A program made the translations under genes and the position numbers. The notes under the pieces are model-generated. The model made no database searches. It was not told the DNA's origin and was given only the letters and a program-made list of their open reading frames with translations. From NCBI GenBank assembly GCA_016932965.1, contig JAFGBW010000039.1, forward strand, positions 2,140 through 66,139: a stretch of DNA of 64,000 bases, written 5' to 3'. Positions 1 to 9,537 of this stretch are shown here, piece after piece; within the stretch, counting starts at the first letter, position 1, and each line of letters starts with the position of its first letter. This DNA comes from Candidatus Auribacterota bacterium (lineage in GTDB: Bacteria; Auribacterota; JAFGBW01).

Positions 1-1196
1 GGATTGGAGGCGGAGTAGCCGCCTACAAGGCAGTGGAAGTAGCCAGCACCCTTGTAAAGGAAAAGGTGGAAGTCCATGTCCAGATGACTGAGGCAGCTCT
101 TTCTTTTGTGACTCCTTTGACTTTTTCCGCTGTGACAAACCATCCTGTCTATTCTTCCATGTTTCCTGATAGGGTCCTTGAAAAGAAGGAAGATATTTTT
201 CCTCATCTGTATCCGGCCACACAGGCTGATGTCTTTGCAGTCATGCCGGCTACAGCCGATCTCATCGCGAAATTCAAGGCTGGCCTTGGTTTGGACCTTG
301 TGACTGCAAGCACGCTGGCTCTTTCCTCTTCGTGTGTGCGGATTTTTTGTCCGGCTATGAACGTGAATATGTGGAACAACCCCATCGTTCAGGCAAATAC
401 TAAGAGTCTTGAGAAGGACGGATGGATACGGATCGGCCCCAATAACGGTTTGCAGGCCTGCGGCGCTGTTGGCATGGGAAGAATGGCTGAACCCGATGAA
501 ATCGTCGGGGCGATTTTATATCAGTTGAAAAAAAGGCAGAGTTTTTCCGGTAAGAGAATTTTGATTTTATCCGGGCCTACCCGTGAATTTCTTGACCCGG
601 TTCGTTATATAGGAAATCCCTCCAGCGGCAAGATGGGTAAGGCCCTGGCTCTTGCAGCCTTGGAGTTGGGTGCACAAGTGGATCTTCTTACCGGGCCTGT
701 AGCTTCTTCTGATCTGCCATCAGGGTCCGGCTTGAACATTTTTCATGTGACCTCAGCTGGACAGATGCTGGATAAAGCGAGAAAGCTGTTCCAACATGCA
801 GACGGAATATTTTTTACGGCTGCTGTGTCTGATTACGCCCCCTTTGAAGCATCACCATTAAAACTTCCTAAAAAGGAAAGACTGACCCTCATGCTTAAAA
901 AAACTCCTGATATTGCAGCTTGTTTGTGCAAGGAAAAACAGATTCGTCAGGTTGCTTTTGGGTTTGCTCTTGAAACTCATGAAAATCTGGACAAAGCTCA
1001 AAAGAAATTGAAAGAAAAAAAACTGGATGGAATTGTATTGAATGATTGTGATTCATTCGGGTCCGAAGAAGGACGTTTTCAATTTTTAGGTAAAGGGTCA
1101 GCCCAATGGGAAAATTGGGGCACCATAACGAAGAAACAATGCGCCAGTCAGTTGATGGAAAAAATGAACGCTTTGTTTTCATCAAACCGTAAATAA
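1..1196 (+). CDS. coaBC: Bifunctional phosphopantothenoylcysteine decarboxylase/phosphopantothenate-cysteine ligase, 5' partial (runs off window start)
   Basis: Frame beginning at nt 3 reads IGGGVAAYKAVEVASTLVKE, the flavoprotein N-terminal glycine-rich motif. The downstream CoaB ligase region reads ...GPTREFLDPVRYIGNPSSGKMG. No start codon lies in the window before the motif, so the 5' end is truncated. Confidence 0.85.
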   Translation, partial: IGGGVAAYKAVEVASTLVKEKVEVHVQMTEAALSFVTPLTFSAVTNHPVYSSMFPDRVLEKKEDIFPHLYPATQADVFAVMPATADLIAKFKAGLGLDLVTASTLALSSSCVRIFCPAMNVNMWNNPIVQANTKSLEKDGWIRIGPNNGLQACGAVGMGRMAEPDEIVGAILYQLKKRQSFSGKRILILSGPTREFLDPVRYIGNPSSGKMGKALALAALELGAQVDLLTGPVASSDLPSGSGLNIFHVTSAGQMLDKARKLFQHADGIFFTAAVSDYAPFEASPLKLPKKERLTLMLKKTPDIAACLCKEKQIRQVAFGFALETHENLDKAQKKLKEKKLDGIVLNDCDSFGSEEGRFQFLGKGSAQWENWGTITKKQCASQLMEKMNALFSSNRK

Positions 1197-1201
1197 ACCA
1201 G

Positions 1202-1792
1202 ATGAAAATCGGCATTTTCGGCGGGACCTTTGATCCGGTGCATGTTGGGCATGTTCAGTGCGCCCGTTTTGTTTTGGATGAACAATCTCTCGATGAAATC
1301 CTGTTTGTGGTTTCAGGAAATCCTCCGCACAAAAGACGAAAAATCACCTCGGTCAGTCATCGTTTGAGGATGCTGGAATTATCGCTTCAGAATGATCCGA
1401 AATTGGCCGTTTCTCATATTGAGATAAAACGGTCAGCCCCATATTATTCCATCGAGACCATGAGACTGTTTAAAAAGGAACAGCCGCAAACCCGGTTTTT
1501 CTTTATCCTCGGAGATGACAACATGGGTTCTATCCATACCTGGCATGATTACCAGTCCTTTATTGAAGAAAATGAATTTATATTGTTGAAAAGAGAGACG
1601 GATTTCCCTGAAAACTTCCGCCTGACAGAAAAGGAAAAGGAAAAAATCAAGACCCATGCCGTGAATTCTCCCACCATGCCTTGTTCCTCAACCATGATCA
1701 GGGAAAAAATCAAAAGAAAAGAATCAGTATCCGAATGGATTGATCCAAAAGTATTTGACTATATTCTTGCCCATCACCTATACGGAGTTTAA
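1202..1792 (+). CDS. nadD: Nicotinate-nucleotide adenylyltransferase
   Basis: N-terminus MKIGIFGGTFDPVHVGH carries the (H/T)xGH nucleotidyltransferase motif. The 196-aa size is typical, and it directly follows coaBC. Confidence 0.85.
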   Translation: MKIGIFGGTFDPVHVGHVQCARFVLDEQSLDEILFVVSGNPPHKRRKITSVSHRLRMLELSLQNDPKLAVSHIEIKRSAPYYSIETMRLFKKEQPQTRFFFILGDDNMGSIHTWHDYQSFIEENEFILLKRETDFPENFRLTEKEKEKIKTHAVNSPTMPCSSTMIREKIKRKESVSEWIDPKVFDYILAHHLYGV

Positions 1793-1805
1793 TCCGGGGG
1801 TAAGG

Positions 1806-2588
1806 TTAAGTCGTGAATTGATGCAGAAATATGCCTAGAGCAACCACGACATTCAGGGATTCCATTTTTCCAGAACCGTTGATCCTGAAACGATCATCGC
1901 TGACATCCAGGAGTCCTTGCGAAAGGCCATTGGCCTCATTTCCAACGAGGAGAACCCATTTTTCATGCTTTGTTTTTTGAATCGGATACCCGTTTAAATC
2001 AGATGCAATGATGGCATATCCCTTATGCCTGATTTTCAGGATTTCTTTTTTCAGATCATGAACCATCTGAAACCGGATGCCGCCCAAGGCCCCCATGGAA
2101 CTCCGGACCACTTTTTCATGAAAAGGATCCACGCTTTGAGAATCCATTAAAAAATCACGCACTCCGAACCATAATGCTGTTCTGTATAGAGCCCCCATGT
2201 TCCCTGGATCATTGATTCTGTCCAGCGCAATGATTCGTTTTCCGGTCAACGGTCTTAGAGGCGGTATTTTTAATACCGCGCCTATCCCCGGAAATGTTGA
2301 CGTGCTTTTGATTCTTGATATATCCTTCAAACGGCAATGATAAATACGTGCTTGATAGGCAAGCATTTCCTGGGGTAACGCTTCACCTTCTTTCAACACA
2401 AAATATTCTACCTCTGTTCCGAGGTCGATTAAACTTGATAGCGTCCTCGTTCCTTCGGCCCAATATCGTTTTGTTTCATAGCGAAATTTTCGATCTCTGA
2501 GGTTGCGGATCATTTTTATCTGTTTTAGCGTCAGCATAGGTTGCATTGGGGCATCTCCGTTCTTGACTGAAGAGGTGATAAAATGCAA
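1806..2588 (-). CDS. SpoU/TrmH-family RNA 2'-O-methyltransferase (RlmB-like)
   Basis: C-terminal SPOUT knot motifs LLVGNEANGLS and SLNVVVALGIFLHQF. Size 260 aa. Confidence 0.75.
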   Translation of the reverse strand: MHFITSSVKNGDAPMQPMLTLKQIKMIRNLRDRKFRYETKRYWAEGTRTLSSLIDLGTEVEYFVLKEGEALPQEMLAYQARIYHCRLKDISRIKSTSTFPGIGAVLKIPPLRPLTGKRIIALDRINDPGNMGALYRTALWFGVRDFLMDSQSVDPFHEKVVRSSMGALGGIRFQMVHDLKKEILKIRHKGYAIIASDLNGYPIQKTKHEKWVLLVGNEANGLSQGLLDVSDDRFRINGSGKMESLNVVVALGIFLHQFTT

Positions 2589-2642
2589 TTTTATTTTCTT
2601 TCAGGGAATAAGAAAAGAAAAACTCTTTCCGGAGGATGAAAT

Positions 2643-3878
2643 TTGATGGGTCTATTTATCATGAGTATCAGCATTGTCATTTCTGTTTCTGCTGTATGTT
2701 CTCTTTTTGAGGCGACACTATTGAGCCTAACTCCGGCACAAATCGCTGAATTATACCATCGCCGTCCTAAAGTTGCCAAACTGTGGCAGAGGTTTAAAAC
2801 TGAAATCCATCGGCCTATTGCCGTTATTTTATTTTTGAACACATCCGCTTATACCATAGGAGCCACCATTGCCGGAGCCCAATTCAGGGATCTGTTTCAG
2901 GGAAAAGGTTTGGCTGTTTTTTCCATCGTATTCACTTTCATGATGCTGCAGTTTACTGAGATCCTGCCTAAAACACTTGGTGTGCGTTATAACAGCCGTA
3001 TCGCACCGGTCATGGCCTATCCCCTGGCTGTTTTCATCCAAATTTTATCCCCTTTTCTTTATTTTCTTCATCTAATCAACAGGCCTTTTGCTCCGCCGCG
3101 TTCGAAAACCGAGAGTAATCCAACCATGGAAGAAATTTCGGCTTTAGCTGGATTAGCCCGTCTTTCCAACATCATCGGTTCTCATCAGGAACAGATCATC
3201 AAAGGCGCCGCCGGGCTTTCTAACATCGCTGTGAGCCAAGTCATGATTCCTGTTCACCAGATTACTTTCATCTCCACTAACCAGACTCTGACCGAGGCGA
3301 TTCTGACAGCCCACCTGGATCCACATACGCGTTTTCCCATCCATGAAGGAGACAGTCCGGATCAGATATTAGGTTATGTGAATTTCAAGGAAATGGTTTA
3401 TCTTTTACGCACCAATCCGGTCAATGCATCTTTACGCGGAATCATCCGTCCTGTTCGTTTTGCCTCTTCTTCTACAAGCTGCTCGGAAATATTAAAATCC
3501 TTTGTGGAAGAACACGTCCACATGGCTGTCGTTCGTTCTGGAGACGGACATGTTTTGGGACTGGTGACGATGGAGGATATTGTTGAGGAATTAATCGGAG
3601 GGGAGTTGGAGGATGAATTTGACCGTTTGCCAAAGATGTTTCATTCGCTGGAAGGTGGAACCTGGATGGTGGGGGGGGGGTTGCCTGTTTCCAAACTTTT
3701 TGCAAGTCTCGGAGTGGAGATGAAGGAAGTTTTATCTGGTACGGTTTCCGACTGGCTGGTAAAGAGGATGGGGCGTGTTCCAAAAGTGAATGAAACATTC
3801 AAGGAAAAAAATGTCGAATTCATGATCCGCCGTATTCGTCGTGGAAGGATTTTTGAAACTGCCGTGACAAAGACTTAA
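2643..3878 (+). CDS. HlyC/CorC-family membrane protein (DUF21 + CBS pair + CorC_HlyC transporter-associated domain)
   Basis: Hydrophobic N-terminal DUF21-like segments and central CBS-like repeats. C-terminal GHVLGLVTMEDIVEELIGGELEDEFD is the CorC/HlyC signature. Confidence 0.7.
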   Translation: MMGLFIMSISIVISVSAVCSLFEATLLSLTPAQIAELYHRRPKVAKLWQRFKTEIHRPIAVILFLNTSAYTIGATIAGAQFRDLFQGKGLAVFSIVFTFMMLQFTEILPKTLGVRYNSRIAPVMAYPLAVFIQILSPFLYFLHLINRPFAPPRSKTESNPTMEEISALAGLARLSNIIGSHQEQIIKGAAGLSNIAVSQVMIPVHQITFISTNQTLTEAILTAHLDPHTRFPIHEGDSPDQILGYVNFKEMVYLLRTNPVNASLRGIIRPVRFASSSTSCSEILKSFVEEHVHMAVVRSGDGHVLGLVTMEDIVEELIGGELEDEFDRLPKMFHSLEGGTWMVGGGLPVSKLFASLGVEMKEVLSGTVSDWLVKRMGRVPKVNETFKEKNVEFMIRRIRRGRIFETAVTKT

Positions 3879-3891
3879 AACTCACAGCATG

Positions 3892-4809
3892 TTAAGAGGC
3901 ATCAGCCAGAGCCATAGGGCGAGTGGACTCCATCATTTTTGACAAAGCGACAGCAATGGATTCCAGAAGATTATCCGGAATACCGTCGAAATGATGGGAT
4001 TTCATGCGGAAGTCAATCGGATCATTCACATAATCGACAACCACCAGTTTGTCATCCGTCTGAACGGCAATTTCAGATGAAAAAAAGTTCAATTTGGATA
4101 TCCGTGCTATCTGCTTCATGATGGAATTGATTTTTTCAAGAAGAGGCGGTTCGATGCCGTTTTCATGGAGTTGCGTGTAAAGACGATTCTGTGGATTCCA
4201 AAAACATAGAAATGTTTCTCCAAAGACATGGAATGTGCGAAACCACAATGGATGTATGGCCGTGTTTTTAGGTACAATGGTTTGTTGAATCAGATAGTCA
4301 TCATTCTGGAATTCCTTGCGATAATAATGAATTTGATTTAATTCCGTGAGCCCCACATGAACCCCTTCTCCACCTCCGCCGTGAGACGGTTTCATGACAA
4401 AAGGGATCCCGATATCAGTCAGAGTAAAAAAAGGCAGTTCCGTTTTTTTGCTGAAAGGCGGGAGAATGAGAGTCTGGGGAACAGAGATACCGTGTTTTAG
4501 AAATAATTTATGAAGATAGGCCTTATTCAATATTCGCTGGACCCTTCTGGGCGAATTGATTGCTTTGAATTTGAATAGCTGGCACATTTGAATGAGTGGA
4601 AGAAAACGTGGGTCCGATTCTGATGCTCTGTCCAGATACCAGTTGAACCGTATCTCGCCTTTGCTGACCTTGTTTTCCACAAAGAGAACATTGTCTATAT
4701 TGACAAAGAGAATGGCCAGATTTTTTTTACTGAATTGATCCTGAATAAGACGATTAAACGGTTCGTCAAAAGGCCATTCCCAGATTATTGCAAGGTCATA
4801 CGTTTTCAC
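3892..4809 (-). CDS. ATP-grasp family protein (RimK-like ligase fold), function unknown
   Basis: Glycine-rich FVMKPSHGGGGEGVHVG loop typical of ATP-grasp enzymes. Size 305 aa. Confidence 0.5.
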   Translation of the reverse strand: MKTYDLAIIWEWPFDEPFNRLIQDQFSKKNLAILFVNIDNVLFVENKVSKGEIRFNWYLDRASESDPRFLPLIQMCQLFKFKAINSPRRVQRILNKAYLHKLFLKHGISVPQTLILPPFSKKTELPFFTLTDIGIPFVMKPSHGGGGEGVHVGLTELNQIHYYRKEFQNDDYLIQQTIVPKNTAIHPLWFRTFHVFGETFLCFWNPQNRLYTQLHENGIEPPLLEKINSIMKQIARISKLNFFSSEIAVQTDDKLVVVDYVNDPIDFRMKSHHFDGIPDNLLESIAVALSKMMESTRPMALADAS

Positions 4810-4813
4810 AATC

Positions 4814-5470
4814 TTATTGATTTTTCATTTGTTGAATCAATTTATTCATGTTTTCTGCGCGGTACAGTGTTGTTCCAGCAACTACAATATCCACTCCGGC
4901 ATCCCTGACAAGGGGGAAATTATCCATGGTGATACCGCCATCAATTTCAATTTGATAATGATAGCCCTTTTCTTTTCTTATTAAAACCAGTTTTTTTATT
5001 TTTTCAAGCACATTAGGAATAAAAGTTTGACCCCCAAAACCAGGAAAAACAGACATGACCAAAACGATGTCGCTTTCGGGAAGAACAGGAAGGATTTCTT
5101 CTATGTTTCTGTCTGGATTCAATGCCGGACCGGCCTTGACTTTTTTCGAGCGAATCATCCTCAAAGTTGATGGCATGTCATGGTTCGCTTCCGCGTGAAC
5201 GGTGAGATAGGATGCTCCGGAATTGATAAAAGCTTCCAGATATTGATCCGGATGGGAAATCATCAGATGGACGTCCAGAGGAATGGAAACAGACTGTTTC
5301 AGCATGGAAACAACTTGCGGCCCAAAGGTGATATTCGGAACAAAATGACCGTCCATGACATCGATATGCAGCAAATCCGCACCGGATTTTTCAGCTTTCA
5401 CAGCCTCTTCCCTCAAACAGCCGAAATCAGCTGCTAGAATCGATGGCGCAATTTGGATTTCAGACGTCAT
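4814..5470 (-). CDS. rpe: Ribulose-phosphate 3-epimerase
   Basis: IAPSILAADFGCLREEAVKAEKSGADLLHIDVMDGHFVPNITFGP matches the Rpe signature. Size 218 aa. Confidence 0.9.
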   Translation of the reverse strand: MTSEIQIAPSILAADFGCLREEAVKAEKSGADLLHIDVMDGHFVPNITFGPQVVSMLKQSVSIPLDVHLMISHPDQYLEAFINSGASYLTVHAEANHDMPSTLRMIRSKKVKAGPALNPDRNIEEILPVLPESDIVLVMSVFPGFGGQTFIPNVLEKIKKLVLIRKEKGYHYQIEIDGGITMDNFPLVRDAGVDIVVAGTTLYRAENMNKLIQQMKNQ

Positions 5471-5476
5471 GATGTA

Positions 5477-6571
5477 TTATTTACCTATTTCCCGAAGGCG
5501 TTCAATTCCTCTTTTTAATTCGGAATCAGAATTCGCAAAAGAAAGGCGAAAATGAGTGTTTTTTTGTGAGAAAACACTGCCCGGAACCAGAAGAACCTCT
5601 TTTTTCAGGGCATTCATAACCAAATCGTCTCCGTTCATGCTGTGATGCTTCATGAAGAAATAAAATGCCCCGTCTGGTTTTTGAATATCATAAAAGGGAC
5701 TGAGTGCTTCCATGACAAGATTTCTTTTTTTACGGTACGCATCCCGTATATGATCAGTAGAGATGTCCCACGCTGTCAGGCAGGCATGTTGCGCGAAGGA
5801 AGGAGCACAGACAAACGTGTACTGCTGAAGATTGATCATGGCATCGATAATCATTTTCGGTCCTGCGGCGTATCCCATTCTCCATCCCGGCATCCCCGCA
5901 CTTTTGGAAAAACCGTTCAAAGTCAAGGTCTTTTCATGATATTTTCCAAACGAAACCAGCTGGTTTTCATAATCGAATGCTTCGTATATTTCGTCTGAAA
6001 TAACCCACACCGGTGTGCCACGGAGAATTTCGGCAATTTCTTTCATTCTTTTTTCGTTCAGAATCCTTCCTGTGGGGTTGGATGGATTGTTCAGGAAAAG
6101 TATTTTCGTTTTAGGGGTGATGACTTCCTTTAATTTTTCAGGATCCAGCCTGAAATCGGGATAGGTGTCGATTTTGATCACTTTCGCGCCTATGAGCGGA
6201 GGGAGCTGATCGTACATCACAAAATAGGGGTCTGGTACCAGGACTTCATCACCGGGATTTAAAAGCGCCATGAGGGAAAGCAACAGTCCACCGGAAACGC
6301 CGGAGGTGAGCATGACCGATTCCGTGATCAATCCGCGCTCGTTTAAACTGCTTTGTATTTTATCTCTCAACTGCTGGATTCCGGCTGAAGGGGTATAACG
6401 GTTGTTGCCGGCCTGAATTTCCCTTATGGCTGCTTCTTTAACAACAGAAGGGATATCAAAGTCCGGCTGTCCGATGGACAGATTGACCGGATTTTTCATG
6501 CTGGAAGCCAGATCAAATACTTTTCTGATTCCGGATACGTTTAATTGTTGGCAGCGAAGGGAGATAGTCAT
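5477..6571 (-). CDS. PLP-dependent aminotransferase, class I/II (aspartate/LL-DAP aminotransferase-like)
   Basis: Fold-type I aminotransferase layout with a SKSAGMPGWRMGY lysine-region motif. Size 364 aa. Confidence 0.75.
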   Translation of the reverse strand: MTISLRCQQLNVSGIRKVFDLASSMKNPVNLSIGQPDFDIPSVVKEAAIREIQAGNNRYTPSAGIQQLRDKIQSSLNERGLITESVMLTSGVSGGLLLSLMALLNPGDEVLVPDPYFVMYDQLPPLIGAKVIKIDTYPDFRLDPEKLKEVITPKTKILFLNNPSNPTGRILNEKRMKEIAEILRGTPVWVISDEIYEAFDYENQLVSFGKYHEKTLTLNGFSKSAGMPGWRMGYAAGPKMIIDAMINLQQYTFVCAPSFAQHACLTAWDISTDHIRDAYRKKRNLVMEALSPFYDIQKPDGAFYFFMKHHSMNGDDLVMNALKKEVLLVPGSVFSQKNTHFRLSFANSDSELKRGIERLREIGK

Positions 6572-6693
6572 TTATGTTATATCGTAACGATTGGAATGGT
6601 CTGTTAGATGATGGGATATATTGAAGTTATTTCCATATAAAAATAATGAAAAACATAATAAAGGATTGACTGTTCGCAGGAAAAATAATCAAT

Positions 6694-7548
6694 TTGTCTG
6701 CTCCTTATTTTGAACTAAATGAATCACAGGATAATGAATTATTCTTACCATTGCCGGGGCCTTTCTTTAATATCCTTTTCTGGTATAACAAAATATCATG
6801 GAAGTTGGCTAGCAGAGAGTTTAATCGTCTGATGAAGAAGAAAATCTTTGAAAACATCTATCATCTGTTATTGAAGACCTACGGTCCTCAGGGTTGGTGG
6901 CCTTTGATACAATGCCGTCAAAAAAACGCTGTTAAGAACGGCCCCCTCCGGGGGTATCATGAAAATGATTATACCTATCCCAAAAACAGCCTTCAGCAGT
7001 TTGAAATAGCTATAGGAGCTGTAGCGACACAGAACACCAGCTGGATTCAGGCGGAGAAAGCCATGATGAATCTTCATGATTTGAATCTATTGACCCCGAA
7101 TGAATTATCTCGAATAGATTTGGCTCGACTGGGCAGCGCACTCAAGCCCGCAGGATATTTCAATCAAAAAGCCAAAAAAATGAAGATCCTCGCGGAGTTC
7201 TGGCTGAAGTTAGCCCGCAGAGTTCCTGAAAGAAATGAATGGCTGAAACTGTGGGGAATCGGTCCTGAAACGGCTGATTCTATTTTATTGTATGCTTTTC
7301 GGAAACCCGTGTTTGTTGTGGACGCATACACGAAGAGACTATTCAGCAGGCTGCGAATTTTTCGCGAAAGTCTTTCTTACGATGACGTGCAGAACATCTT
7401 TGAAAACAATCTGGAATCTTCCTATAAGATTTATCAGGAATACCATGCTCTGATCGTGGAACATGCTAAAAGACACTGTAAAAAGAAACCGGTATGCCAG
7501 GGATGTGTCTTAAAGAGATATTGCCGTCCCATCTGTCACGCAGAATAA
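6694..7548 (+). CDS. HhH-GPD base-excision glycosylase, endonuclease III-like with C-terminal [4Fe-4S] loop
   Basis: LKLWGIGPETADSILLYAFRKPVFVVDAYTKRLFSRL is an HhH-GPD motif. The C-terminus CKKKPVCQGCVLKRYCRPIC is a Cx6Cx2Cx5C cluster loop. The true start may be the internal Met near 6832. Confidence 0.6.
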   Translation: MSAPYFELNESQDNELFLPLPGPFFNILFWYNKISWKLASREFNRLMKKKIFENIYHLLLKTYGPQGWWPLIQCRQKNAVKNGPLRGYHENDYTYPKNSLQQFEIAIGAVATQNTSWIQAEKAMMNLHDLNLLTPNELSRIDLARLGSALKPAGYFNQKAKKMKILAEFWLKLARRVPERNEWLKLWGIGPETADSILLYAFRKPVFVVDAYTKRLFSRLRIFRESLSYDDVQNIFENNLESSYKIYQEYHALIVEHAKRHCKKKPVCQGCVLKRYCRPICHAE

Positions 7549-8016
7549 ATGAATGACATGAATAAACCCAAAGCCATCATTTCAGCCTGTTTGGCCGGAG
7601 AGAAATGCCGTTATGACGGCGGAACCAAGACCACCGTTTTATTGGATGAATTGAGAAAATCCTATGACCTTGTTTTGGTTTGTCCGGAACTGCTCGGCGG
7701 GCTTTCCGTACCTAGAGAAAAAGCCTGTATTTTGGGAAAAGACGGGAATCATGCCGGGGGGATGTCTGTTATTCAGGGAACTGCCAGAGTCTTAATGGAA
7801 TCAGGAAAAGACGTGACATCTGATTTTATTAAAGGAGCTAAAAAAATCATGGAACTCGTGAAAAACAATCAAATTAAAACCGCATTTCTGAAAAGCAGAT
7901 CTCCTTCCTGCGGGTATGGAACCCTTTCCACTCCCAATGGGCTCATCACCGGAAACGGGATTTTGACCGAGATGCTCCTTATGGAAGGAATGGATGTCAG
8001 GGAAGTTCATGAATGA
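7549..8016 (+). CDS. DUF523-family protein (TudS-like 2-thiouracil desulfurase family)
   Basis: KAIISACLAGEKCRYDGG matches the DUF523 cysteine motif. Size 155 aa. Confidence 0.55.
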   Translation: MNDMNKPKAIISACLAGEKCRYDGGTKTTVLLDELRKSYDLVLVCPELLGGLSVPREKACILGKDGNHAGGMSVIQGTARVLMESGKDVTSDFIKGAKKIMELVKNNQIKTAFLKSRSPSCGYGTLSTPNGLITGNGILTEMLLMEGMDVREVHE

Positions 8017-8259
8017 ATTAATCATTTGTGATTAGATTTTTCGTGTATTCAGAGTGTTTCGTTGTTAATAATAACATGATCCAAGATTCGAATATTATTC
8101 CTCATGAATCCTGATGGGTATTGAAGTTCTCTGCGCCGGGCTTTTGGGAATCTTCATTCGTAAGGATGCTTGGGGGTTTTTTGTTCGGCCCTTTCCCCGT
8201 TCCAAGCAAAAAAAGGGGGGGTGCGGCCATTGATTCAGGTTTACAGAAGGAAAAAACCG

Positions 8260-9537
8260 ATGGATGTTTTTAAAATACAAGGCGGAGTACCTCTGAAAGG
8301 AGAAGTCACTGTTTCAGGTTCTAAGAATGCCGTGCTGCCTCTCATGTGCGCCGCTCTCATGGGAGATTCTCCTTCCATCATAAGAAATGTCCCCAGACTC
8401 AGAGACGTGTTCAGCATGATTGAAATCCTGAATTCACTTGGTGCTGAAGCAGAATTTATTGAGGATTCTGTGTTGAGGATTGATCCATATTCTGTCAATA
8501 AATATGAAGCACCATATGAGCAGGTCAAAAAAATGCGGGCTTCCATTTGTGTTTTAGGTCCTTTGTTTGGAAAATTCGGGGAAGCTCGGGTTTCCATGCC
8601 CGGAGGGTGTGTGATAGGCCCCAGGCCAGTGGATATCCATTTAAAGGGATTAAAAGCTTTGGGTGCGGAGATTACCATAGAACACGGGTATATCGTGGCC
8701 AAGGGAAAACCTGTAGGGGGAGAAATTTTTCTGGGAGGAAGATTCGGGTCTTCGGTTACAGCCACTGCCAATATTTTAATGGCCGCTGTATTGGCAAAAG
8801 GGAGAACGATCATCGAGTCTGCTGCCATGGAACCGGAATTGGGGGATTTGGCTCAATTTTTAAATAGGATGGGGGCAAAAATAACCGGACTCCATTCGCA
8901 CGTTCTTCAGATAGAGGGCGTCTCCCGTCTTCACGGGATTGAATATTCGGTCATTGCTGACCGCATCGAAGCAGGAACTTTCATGCTCAGTGCTGCCATC
9001 ACGCAAGGGGATGTTTTTGTCCGGAATGCGCAGGTTCGGCATTTGAGAGCTTTGATGGATAAACTGATTTTAAGCGGAATCCAGGTAAACGAGGAAAAAG
9101 ACGGGATCCGTGTGGTATCGGAATTAAGACCCAAATCTGCCGAAATCATCACTTTTTCTTTTCCGGGTTTCCCGACTGATCTCCAGGCCCAGATGATGGC
9201 TCTCATGTCTGTGGCTGATGGAATATCCGTGATTACGGAAAAAATTTATCCGGAAAGGTTCATGCATATTTCCGAACTCAACCGCATGGGAGCGGAAATT
9301 TCTTTGGAAGGCTCAACGGCTGTCATCAAAGGAGTTTCAACCCTCAGCGGGGCTCCTGTCATGGCGTCTGATTTGCGGGCTTCTGCCGGACTGGTTCTTG
9401 GGGCACTTGTCGCAAAAGGGGAAAGCCTGATCTATCGGGTTTATCATATCGACCGCGGATATGAGCAGATAGAAAAAAAATTGTCTGATTTGGGAGCGGT
9501 CATTATAAGAGAAAAAGAGGAAGAGCCATCAGTTTAG
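8260..9537 (+). CDS. murA: UDP-N-acetylglucosamine 1-carboxyvinyltransferase
   Basis: MDVFKIQGGVPLKGEVTVSGSKNAVLP is the canonical MurA N-terminus. The ORF track starts at 8170, but the first 30 codons are unrelated leader. An AGAAGG ribosome-binding site precedes the ATG at 8260. Confidence 0.9.
   Translation: MDVFKIQGGVPLKGEVTVSGSKNAVLPLMCAALMGDSPSIIRNVPRLRDVFSMIEILNSLGAEAEFIEDSVLRIDPYSVNKYEAPYEQVKKMRASICVLGPLFGKFGEARVSMPGGCVIGPRPVDIHLKGLKALGAEITIEHGYIVAKGKPVGGEIFLGGRFGSSVTATANILMAAVLAKGRTIIESAAMEPELGDLAQFLNRMGAKITGLHSHVLQIEGVSRLHGIEYSVIADRIEAGTFMLSAAITQGDVFVRNAQVRHLRALMDKLILSGIQVNEEKDGIRVVSELRPKSAEIITFSFPGFPTDLQAQMMALMSVADGISVITEKIYPERFMHISELNRMGAEISLEGSTAVIKGVSTLSGAPVMASDLRASAGLVLGALVAKGESLIYRVYHIDRGYEQIEKKLSDLGAVIIREKEEEPSV

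Noticed and set aside
6572-6693. A possible sigma70 promoter (TTGACT ... TAATCA) upstream of the endonuclease III-like gene.
   Set aside because: The spacing is 13-14 nt and the -10 is poor, so the call is too weak.
8170-8259. An upstream extension of murA in the ORF track (MGVFCSALSPFQAKKGGVRPLIQVYRRKKP).
   Set aside because: It is not MurA-like. The conserved MurA N-terminus begins at the Met at 8260, which has a ribosome-binding site in front of it. The extension is read-through of the upstream spacer.
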